Positions 58,501 to 64,000 of a stretch of DNA of 64,000 bases are shown one piece after another. Each line of letters starts with the position of its first letter. The stretch's first letter is position 1. Source of the DNA: a virus (taxonomy: Duplodnaviria; Caudoviricetes). Below the pieces are notes generated by a model. The model ran no database searches. It saw only the letters and a program-made list of their open reading frames with translations, and was not told where the DNA came from. The position numbers and the translations under genes were made by a program. Location of the stretch: positions 81,401 to 145,400 of IMG/VR virus record IMGVR_UViG_2974613666_000001; one strand, given 5' to 3'.

Positions 58501-59492
58501 ATGGTAATGGGACTAATCAGCAAGATACCGGGAGGAGGCAAGAGGTCAACAGGAGCTTAAGCTCTTTCGATTTACAAGAAAATAAGCCTCTAGAAGCTAC
58601 CAGAGTTGTGGAGGTTGTTGTAGAGAAGTTAAATGTAGTTAGTGATAAGTCTCTAGAGTCTTCTAACAGACTAGAAGAAGCTAGCGACAACATAAAACAA
58701 GTAATTGAATCTTCATCATCTCTAAGTAGTGAGCAGCCTAAAATTAAATCGCAGTTAGTTAGTGAAGAAGATCCATTAGGTATTACACAGGCTCTGGGTA
58801 AGTTTGGTGACAGGGTAAAAAATTCCATAGAATCTATAGACTTAGGAGATGGACGTGGTGATATTGCTGAAATAAGTAGGGAAAGAGAATCACGGTTTAT
58901 TACTTCTAGCGCTTACACAGAAGGTGACGAGAAGTTTAGAGACAGGTTGCAAGCTATGGTTAACTCCGGTGGCTATAGTGGTGAATCTCTACAGGAGTTA
59001 CAGGCAACTTTGGATGAGGTGAATAAAAACATACAAGGTGGTATGCAAGGATCTAGTAAAGTAAAACCAAGGCTTAAACCAGTTATAACTAATACTTCTG
59101 ACAGAACAATAGTTGACACTTCTGACAGAGGTAACAGTGACATCCCACCTTCTCAAAGCAGTAGACCTAGAAAGAGAGGTATTAATCAACTTCAACCTGA
59201 CTCTACAGATCCTACAGTTACCAGAAGGAACAAGCCTAGAGAAATCTTCAACCCCGACAAAATACAACCAGTACCCAAGGATAAAGTACCAACAATAATC
59301 ACGCCTAGCCAACGTGGAGATAGAATTACAACAAGGAATCCCGATGGTAGTGCGACACCTGCAACAATAACCCAAACTTACAATGTGTATTTCAGCAAGG
59401 ATGACGCAGCTAGTGGTAAAGCTGCTGAAAACTTTACACAACAAGTTCGTAAGGAGTTGAAAGAAACTTTATTAATGGTAGGTAGAAAGTAG
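49560..59492 (+). CDS. Giant tape-measure-like protein with ~1100-aa low-complexity N-terminal extension
   Basis: Helical core, central hydrophobic Ala/Gly-rich segments, long coiled-coil, DTVPAMLTPGEFV motifs. Confidence 0.75.
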   Translation: MTISTIDNALRIISNKTAAAALEVNKAFNQFPENLQLSLDYSNNSDTESAETLEQSAGTQQPIENSLLTSNPLAQIDSTETLQPDQIQSETVISPETHLLKDANKVLVDYSRSSDNAKPDKPEQLVQSKQGEAVNVSLFSQPEQYELAAEKLQPTANPLQVDITVNPIKSEQKLDSVALSNGSFTVEQLRNSNPTERSLENKENSPKVDQNLYQTASNPSDDEALTLPENLDVIITNGADLDTKSDDVIKADNQKGYTPNISQPGDSALPIVTSTNSVTVNQDAIDITTVGKAGGLEPHQLTANTFTDSLLLSEPADLSSSTIIAATDKVPNQNIALTATNPANEQAETISVLGDATKVNPANLSENVAQITTIDNSGNISNQITNQAASDRTTKNDASDISTIGIDVDETVKSNLNGTDIISLTPNSRGGGVTGGDQPISEVQSGTLIKSDNSEESVEKVQGVSTPGALAANLDVTQENLNLSQDLNKQVDTTSSREKSTNLDVGLVTSASPQLVTSADVTQLVATTQEATDKGGAQPDQLNYYWTTTNVDVKQQGSQPSPIRSSPLPTDSSSLSPNPYLAPGFAIDGIDYTTTTDQLGAVEQPDQTYVGSPTIYNQTERAINEDSTALNNREISTYEDNKSVERQKLDTGLGAESFSAENSSNTQSFTDDAVLVRGTVIIPGSDLNAAANTYFGASQTSESTSQSLTTDATIKQSKTADDLTPASNLGSFNTAAGDSTEGLVNTLLTTSQSENYTTSQKLTSDSGISSSSDDQMLTSTDTNSSSTVSTSLATSQIVTDGAGTDYFPNLSPSDQAGVSNVEQVNLSQIVAEVASVSLPNTTPNIGESNSPDYKTTLPGLTKISNQFGQEVYNTTPLFSDLSTSDFLQTRGYAFGGKVLPPISNSGSKPVAPSDTVPAMLTPGEFVVNAKDAQKNLPLLQLLNEGKSVEEVVGAEERTKVSQSKPDTSRVLKPTDSAFSAESVKVPVMLTPGEFVINSEATQENLNLLQNLNKGSDVTNNSEQLTNLEVGKAIAPPQPTVSRETVQQPTTGEKTLQLDSAKTKETVSTSKPQENQPKSVDIATLPVDNAALNSDPNQVQGYASGGLVTPSSGGTGSPPPPPPPTTGGTPSQPGGFDPQQILRLAQFTKQAYAEAEALTRALGVQANTVQKALIAMKALTAAGADYTTQVDFLRKALGITQSQFDTLTAKQEEYAEAQKQVELNSPQRASKVASLAKSTGQTFQEADDLSVDLQLPPEVIEKAVQSVDKLKKSGADVNEQFQLLNDTLGINLSQFEEIDRVQTEAEFRRIQSAEAIKRAKEAALAIAKEEQELARRPAQTLKLAQATKQPFQEAERFSQSVGLNPATILEALNAIKQLQQAGASLIEQQSFLNTTLGITDTQFQELIATQGSYTEDQRALAEQTASDAQAIAQQQQAEKERINAAKAAQQKNSATISLASSTGLTFDEAAQKSQSIGLDPAAIQQGLAVIDQLNAVNADAATQYQVLSSSIDLTEDQFAELQQLQQELASQSSGDGGGFLGSLRDNAKGVFDGVSKIGFAFQGVQAIVATFRAQLSGAYDKLVQQNVTLQEQLLGTQASLAATNKVIANGLEIKDPTKAIQALEKPLADAIARLRESSLDLVGVTSADLIPIFQFIAQESANIGASLSDSSDLTVSFAAAMGTLKIPLFQAQQEILSILQGQISMDSQLAKNIGLNNEMVNKWKAQGVLVERLNERLAAFASGNKLAAQTIDGIGSNIQEILDEVTRLAGEPLLDPIVKQLGLLYDFLKDNKEELAAVISDAINFFLTVGDSLALVIEGLKPVFESLASIGLDTFSAAGQLAASVINSLIAVLVAMTPVLASLLGIILPVIEALAEFAATDVGQILLQVVLSVTLLSNSLVVLKVTLVAANVVLTLFTTALAASGGGLVGFLVALTKVYPGLVLFTAMVAKAGGGIVGFTAALGASLLPIVVAAAPFVGLAIAVGSVLALISAGMAEDKQRAINEYGKQFNTVADNALKTSQALKNLNDTEKITGKLTEEETKKRDQLRKVAGNQVELIKAQVAELKKFNQANPNDQTKVQISLAERYIKMLENQSGATKTAARDVEDLGNTYEQMGNLARDAQAKLNYDGLSKAQAATTADYQKAADDLLKITTKAYELGQLSATNSAEIGKRSSEIVITRLEQIRDDTKLTYETQLAAQQEITKVRQIEVDKQVAGVEIQQSKIQSLISGEVVSQQEGQRRISLEKEKQLNIQTEALRKQLTEEIELRRRLVEGNSQETKESITRIQSEIATIEAKGTDDKLSEQDRANKLRLQSELNYLQEVAKQKSLVENVDKELIDNEKKRAEITKKIRDDEAAGKKANPDDVSEARRLRAVTDQLNAKKESAQASLKEETKSQTDIKNNISKNEAAIASEQKARLDASRQERLKDYDEQLQETDSLYSRYLITQEEFNLKSRDLAVAKAKDELNQLSELAKTTTDKEGLEVIGAKQSVLFKEIEDIEEKYLADRAKNKQTFLDVELKQLEANYAEGNVSTAEYNDQSFELARERTTNEIAEINRIRAYTRSDDAVRLAELDAREAEVRSRFQASQEKLRQEQVSQLELAQKESLQVVKESEIERLTTISQLESDLAIKREEADVLKGEAARETAEAEIELEKEKLDQLEALQPLDNEQMERERLLNLAGLRLSIAQRTKSLIDDEVQQRERLYNVIADRLSKEQKQLQNIATEKQQAIQKETQLQSFLKTSLDQQNQLLNARKDLVSSTQNFLTGQLSILSQTTKNSREQKAIAEAEAQIRLNSVQSQFETERLLLDLKIQQRDLALEQQKIQLESQAIAAQAEGKQAEIELRKLEARRKQGLRVSDDEFEIARLNIEGNQIKQSGIAQQQVGLERQGQINQVLDQQELLKLNREEVLASDKARLDLANNRVRRSDRRRDIRELREDIGERLDVENLSGEGISRKKIVALGRNFDPGRLQLPRLLDGNGTNQQDTGRRQEVNRSLSSFDLQENKPLEATRVVEVVVEKLNVVSDKSLESSNRLEEASDNIKQVIESSSSLSSEQPKIKSQLVSEEDPLGITQALGKFGDRVKNSIESIDLGDGRGDIAEISRERESRFITSSAYTEGDEKFRDRLQAMVNSGGYSGESLQELQATLDEVNKNIQGGMQGSSKVKPRLKPVITNTSDRTIVDTSDRGNSDIPPSQSSRPRKRGINQLQPDSTDPTVTRRNKPREIFNPDKIQPVPKDKVPTIITPSQRGDRITTRNPDGSATPATITQTYNVYFSKDDAASGKAAENFTQQVRKELKETLLMVGRK

Positions 59493-59502
59493 TTTTAAAG
59501 CT

Positions 59503-59537
59503 AATCTCGGTTATTATTAGTTAATAACCGAGATTAT
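59503..59537. repeat. 15-bp-arm perfect inverted repeat after the tape measure gene
   Basis: taatctcggttatta-ttagt-taataaccgagatta. Confidence 0.7.
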
Positions 59538-59542
59538 AATTT

Positions 59543-59776
59543 ATGAAGCACCTTAACCCATCTCAAGACAGTATCATTCCTTATGGCTCTACCGGCAGTG
59601 ATGAGATAGTAGAGATACAACAGCAACCCGTAGCGTCCGAGATTAGATACTATAGTGACTTTCTAGACTCTATTTGTCCCACTCCTGAACAGTTGGCAGA
59701 TTACCTCACAGAACCTAACGAGCCAACATTCTTGGATAGGCTGGCGAATGCTTTGCGGTTAAGGCAGCAAGGTTAG
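59543..59776 (+). CDS. Hypothetical protein
   Basis: 77 aa ORF. Confidence 0.5.
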   Translation: MKHLNPSQDSIIPYGSTGSDEIVEIQQQPVASEIRYYSDFLDSICPTPEQLADYLTEPNEPTFLDRLANALRLRQQG

Positions 59777-59782
59777 AAACTT

Positions 59783-60373
59783 ATGACACTTTTAGCTGAT
59801 ATTCAAGCTGCACAGGTTTGCTGGCAGTTCCCGCTAACCAGAAAAAGAATATTAATCAGAACACCTATTTCACTTGTTTCTCAGTTCAATCCGCAGTTGA
59901 AGGATCTACATCTATTCGATCCTAACAACTATGATGTAGATGACACCGACGCTTATGTTTACTTAGTCTTGATGCCCGGTTACAGCCCTTCCAATAACTT
60001 CCAAGCTGAACGTGGTTTTCAAACGCAATTCTCTAATAGGGCTGCTGTATATTCAACCCGTGAGCGTACCTTCGAGGCTACTGTAGCCCAACCGCAAGCA
60101 TTTCTCTATTATATAGTGAACCGGCTAGTTGCTATAAGTGAAACGAGTGCTTTAGCTACCCACGCACCAATTAAAATTATTGATACTTGCCTACCTGAAG
60201 GTGCTGGTCTTGCGTCCAGTGTCACGATTCAGGGCGGTGATTTGGGGACTATCAGATATGGGCGAATAGATATCACTAAGGAGCCTGCTGCTGGTTTGAT
60301 TTCCTTTGAAGGGTCTGATTACTGTGTGGGTTCTTGGTCATTTAAGTTTACAGAACTTGCTTTGAGGGTTTAG
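59783..60373 (+). CDS. Putative tail (distal-tail-like) protein
   Basis: Beta-rich, follows the tape measure gene, ends WSFKFTEL; positional inference. Confidence 0.4.
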   Translation: MTLLADIQAAQVCWQFPLTRKRILIRTPISLVSQFNPQLKDLHLFDPNNYDVDDTDAYVYLVLMPGYSPSNNFQAERGFQTQFSNRAAVYSTRERTFEATVAQPQAFLYYIVNRLVAISETSALATHAPIKIIDTCLPEGAGLASSVTIQGGDLGTIRYGRIDITKEPAAGLISFEGSDYCVGSWSFKFTELALRV

Positions 60374-60454
60374 ACATGGATGAATTAGAACCGATGTACG
60401 AGCTTCATTGGTTGTTTGTGTGCAGTGTTTTGGGTGTGTGAGGAGTGGTAGCTT

Positions 60455-61603
60455 TTAGCCGTGTACCTTAACTTCCTTTGGGAATATAAGATAAGTCATT
60501 TTCAACCCACTTAGAGGAGTTATGGCAACAGCAGTTCTTGAATAGTTGTAATGTATCTGGGCTTCAGTAGAGTTCATAGCTTTCAGACCTTCTATGAGGT
60601 GATCCAGGTCAAAAGTTAAAGTAACATCAGTACCACTAACCTGAGACTGTACTCTCTCACCATAAACTCTGCCATACTGTGCTGAGTCTTTGATTTTCAA
60701 GTCTAGCTCTTGATAAGTGTAGACTGTTCGTAGTTCTACTAGCTTACTACCCTTACCTGAAGTTTGAGATTTTAGCAGGTTGAGTTTATCTAGGAGCGGC
60801 TTACGATCAACAGCTAAGAAAATCTCAGTTCGCTTGGGCAATAATTTCCAGTATTGTGGGTATTCTTCTCTAATCGCACGACTGATGAGTTGGTTATCTC
60901 CCCAATCAAACGAGATGTTAAAACCATCGCACTTCACAATCACATCAACACCAGAGTTGATAGCTTTATCAGCTAAAAGTTTTCTCAACTCTTCTAAGGC
61001 TGTGGCAGGTACTAAGGCTTTAAATGGCGTGTTAGTACCGTAAAGGTTAAGGAAGCTTACAACGGATAACCTAGCCCCATCTGTAGCAGCTAATTCTAAG
61101 CTTTCTTCGGAGATAGTCAGCATAACACCAAGTAAAACTGTTTTGGTTTTGTCCTTACTCGCTGCAAAGGTTGTACACTGTAAGCCTTCCAATAGCTGCT
61201 GCTTGCTAAAAATAGCTGTTGAAGTATCACCAGTTGGTAAGGGTATCTCTGGGAAATCTTCAGAAGTTAGGCAATCAGTAATGCTGTAGCTACCTGATTC
61301 AGACTTTAAGACAACGCCATCTGGTTCTACGCTTTCAACTGTTATATCGCCTTTTAGTAAGGTAACAGCATCTAGTAATGGCTTTGCAGGGATTGTTATA
61401 GATCCCCCACGTAGCGCTTCAACTTTTAACTTAGTCGTAATGCTGGTGCTAAGGTCAAAACCAACCAGTGTTATTTCATTTGTAGTCTCATCTGCTTTAA
61501 TGAGTATATGAGATAGGACTGGGAAGTGTGATCGTTTGTCAGTAGCTCTTTTTGCTATGGTTACTGCTTTTTTGAGTTCGGACTGTGTACAAGTGAATTT
61601 CAT
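60455..61603 (-). CDS. dnaN: DNA polymerase III beta sliding clamp
   Basis: MKFTC.Q.EL, PVLSHIL, GFDL, G.ITIPAK, DFPEIP, AATDG.RL, YP.Y..L.P; 382 aa. Confidence 0.92.
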   Translation of the reverse strand: MKFTCTQSELKKAVTIAKRATDKRSHFPVLSHILIKADETTNEITLVGFDLSTSITTKLKVEALRGGSITIPAKPLLDAVTLLKGDITVESVEPDGVVLKSESGSYSITDCLTSEDFPEIPLPTGDTSTAIFSKQQLLEGLQCTTFAASKDKTKTVLLGVMLTISEESLELAATDGARLSVVSFLNLYGTNTPFKALVPATALEELRKLLADKAINSGVDVIVKCDGFNISFDWGDNQLISRAIREEYPQYWKLLPKRTEIFLAVDRKPLLDKLNLLKSQTSGKGSKLVELRTVYTYQELDLKIKDSAQYGRVYGERVQSQVSGTDVTLTFDLDHLIEGLKAMNSTEAQIHYNYSRTAVAITPLSGLKMTYLIFPKEVKVHG

Positions 61604-61685
61604 GGCGTTAAGATTAGTAGTGAATCGTTTCTAATGTAGCTGCTGAGTGGTGGAATAATTCAGCAGCTTTTTTTAAGTATTGGTG

Positions 61686-62000
61686 TTAGTACCAACCAGG
61701 AGTTAGCTGTGATTCTGGGCAAGAAGCTTCACCAGGAACTGTGTCAAAAAGTGTTGGCACGTAACCATCAGGTCTGACCAGTTTGTAGAAGATTTTGTCA
61801 TATGTGATCAGCTTAGATTCAACTACAAATTTATTACCTTTGTGTGTTACTTTATCTCCTGGTTGGTACAGAGCAGAATCAAAATACTCAGAAGCTAGTC
61901 TAAAGTGCCTTATTGTTACTTCCTGATCAAGCTTTTGTTTACCTATCTTATAGTCGGACAAAATACGATCAAGTTCGGCTTGGTATTCTTCTTGTGTCAT
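61686..62000 (-). CDS. Hypothetical protein
   Basis: 104 aa ORF. Confidence 0.55.
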   Translation of the reverse strand: MTQEEYQAELDRILSDYKIGKQKLDQEVTIRHFRLASEYFDSALYQPGDKVTHKGNKFVVESKLITYDKIFYKLVRPDGYVPTLFDTVPGEASCPESQLTPGWY

Positions 62001-62079
62001 GGTGCTATTGTGGATATATAACTAATAAATTTGTGAGAGCTAATAGGTTTGTGCTTACACCTATTAGCTTTTTGATTGG

Positions 62080-63012
62080 TTATTTCCTGAGACCATCTCG
62101 GAAAGCCTGCCTTTCCTGCTTAATTTCCTTGCTAAATTGGTGCATTTCTTTCTGCATACGTGCCACCTCATCAGCCCCATAAAGGTCAATTAGCACATCT
62201 TTAAGTGGTCTTTCGACTCTCTTAAAGTACGGCTTCGGTAAACCTTCCTCTTTACCAATCCAGTCATCGCTATCACTTACAGGAACCCTTACAGGTTGAG
62301 ACTTTTTATTTTTAACGTGTCTAGGCTTGCGTGTGGTCTGTTTAACCTGTTCTAAAGTTTCTAACGCTTGTGAGTCTAAGGCATACTCGTCCGAGGATTG
62401 TTTTAGGACTAGCCTCTCAGTCTTACTATCAGATACGCTACCGCCAAGACTTGCAACAATAGCGGCAATAGAGTCATTTATGCTGGGAGCTTCATCAAAG
62501 TTTGTAACCTCATCAGGTAGCTCTCTGTATTTGAGAATATTAGCGTCGCCTGCAAGGTCTCCTACAACATCCTGAACTAAGGTTTTGAAGTCAATGTCAA
62601 AGTGCGAGTATCTGGTGGCGATGGTAATGTTTTGCAGGTATGTTCTCTTAGCAATAGTGTAGAAAATCTTCCTGTAATCAGGGTCATCTGTGTGCCATAC
62701 AAAAGCGTCTTTGTTACCAAAGCTTAAGTGAAGTAGGAGCATAGGAGCGCCGAAGGTTATCTTAACCTGTGACAGCGTTGCTATTGCATATTTAATTTCT
62801 TCCTCACCACCAGCATTGTCAACTACTTCTAGAATATTCTTTATTAGAGGTTCATCACGGATATAGATGGCTTCATTTTCACTTGGCGACCCCCACTTGT
62901 AGCCTGAATAACCAGGAAAAAGAGACATAACAGGTTTAGGGTTCCTGGTCGGTATCATTCTCTGCAATAGATATTTTTCAGCGTCGTTTACTTCTTTTGG
63001 TTTTCTACCCAT
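62080..63012 (-). CDS. Hypothetical protein
   Basis: 310 aa ORF with GGAG RBS, coupled to the upstream gene. Confidence 0.65.
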   Translation of the reverse strand: MGRKPKEVNDAEKYLLQRMIPTRNPKPVMSLFPGYSGYKWGSPSENEAIYIRDEPLIKNILEVVDNAGGEEEIKYAIATLSQVKITFGAPMLLLHLSFGNKDAFVWHTDDPDYRKIFYTIAKRTYLQNITIATRYSHFDIDFKTLVQDVVGDLAGDANILKYRELPDEVTNFDEAPSINDSIAAIVASLGGSVSDSKTERLVLKQSSDEYALDSQALETLEQVKQTTRKPRHVKNKKSQPVRVPVSDSDDWIGKEEGLPKPYFKRVERPLKDVLIDLYGADEVARMQKEMHQFSKEIKQERQAFRDGLRK

Positions 63013-63316
63013 TGTTTTTATCTCCTTGTTGTTCTGCTATCTTCTGATCCATGAAAGTAGTAATAGCCTCAATAGCTGCGGCTTGCCACACTGTGTAGCC
63101 TGTAACTTGGCATAATCTACGTTTTAACTGTTCTGGAAGCTGTAGAGCGTGTATCTGGTCAAACTCACCTGCTTTTATAGTCTCTATATCGTACTTACAG
63201 AGAATAGATAAAGCAGCGTGGACTGTTTTAGATTTGGTGTTTTCCTTAAGCAAGGGCTGCAAGTAGTCAACCATATCAATATCAACGTCTACACAAACTT
63301 TAGTTGCTTTTCGCAT
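63005..63316 (-). CDS. Putative ribbon-helix-helix regulator
   Basis: KVCVDVDIDMVDYL...KSKTVHAAL, plus a second RHH-like unit. Confidence 0.45.
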   Translation of the reverse strand: MRKATKVCVDVDIDMVDYLQPLLKENTKSKTVHAALSILCKYDIETIKAGEFDQIHALQLPEQLKRRLCQVTGYTVWQAAAIEAITTFMDQKIAEQQGDKNNG

Positions 63317-64000
63317 CTCACATCTGTATCAACTGTTTTAACTATATCCTAATTTTAGGGGAATAACAAGTTTTTTCAGGATAAATATTCCACTTGTTTT
63401 ACTATGTAACCTAGACTACCTTTAAGTACAACTGTATAAACTGCTCTAAGCACCCTGAAAAAAAATAGATTCAGGGTAATTTTTTAAGAAAACAACCCTT
63501 TTTCCCAATCTGTACTGACGGTTTTCAGGGTACTAAAATTATACTGTAGTCTAATAAGTAAATAGCTGAAACAGTTACTATATAAAAATTATAGCGATTT
63601 TGATCAGAGCTAAAAATGATCATAGTGTTCCATATTCTTGAAGATCCTTATTTTTATCTAAAAATATGACACACCAAACATTGATGGTTAAGGCTTTCAT
63701 CTATTTCAAACCATTGCTAAATAAGGGATAGTAATAATTTTGGTGGTTTAATCAAAATACTTAGATAATTTAAGTATGGTTGTATTTGGATTAACTAAGT
63801 AGTAATTTAACGAGGGTAAACCAGTTTATTCCACACCAGCGTCGAAAATGGCAGGGACGATCGCTCTAAACCCTAAAAATTTGCATAACAAATGTCTGAA
63901 CATTTAAGGCTAAAAATAAATTAGACCTTCTTAATGTCCTGTTTTTAATATTCTATTAGCTGAATCGTTCCCTGTGATTGTCAGATAGCCCAATCACTAG

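Noticed and set aside
1-64000. CRISPR array, tRNA, rRNA, reverse transcriptase or DGR
   Set aside because: No regularly spaced repeats, cloverleaf signatures or RT motifs were seen by eye; tRNAscan and Infernal were not run

Overview
This AT-rich 64 kb window looks like part of a large temperate phage or phage-plasmid of a cyanobacterium, probably a filamentous, HIP1-rich host. Host signals: at least 18 perfect HIP1 (GCGATCGC) sites, an NblA-like gene, an XisF-like recombinase and a cyanobacterial-type tnpB element. Layout from left to right: (i) 0.2-11.6 kb, accessory genes including small membrane proteins and a membrane-anchored FtsK/TraB-like ATPase; (ii) 11.6-24.4 kb, recombination and replication genes (RuvC-like resolvase, two proteins with SSB-like acidic tails, SF2 and Dda/RecD-like helicases, a PP-loop protein, nblA); (iii) an IS200/IS605-family tnpB element with no tnpA; (iv) a RepB-primase plus CyRepA1-like plasmid-type initiator; (v) 31.5-37.3 kb, short promoter-gene-terminator cassettes, with a Dam-like MTase and a two-polypeptide, overlapping-frame C5 MTase; (vi) dut, thyX, tmk, a deleted serine recombinase, intein-containing class II RNR, a PduO-like adenosyltransferase and a 5-hmdU DNA kinase-like gene; (vii) a 3310-aa chimeric tape-measure-like protein and dnaN. 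Two recurring cis-motifs were read directly from the sequence: a 14-bp palindrome TAGYR-N4-YRCTA at 10 intergenic, mostly promoter-like sites, and a ~25-bp box upstream of 4 promoters. Several frameshift or nonsense lesions suggest decay or assembly error. No CRISPR array, tRNA, rRNA or reverse transcriptase was seen. All protein calls rest on motif recognition by eye, with no database searches.
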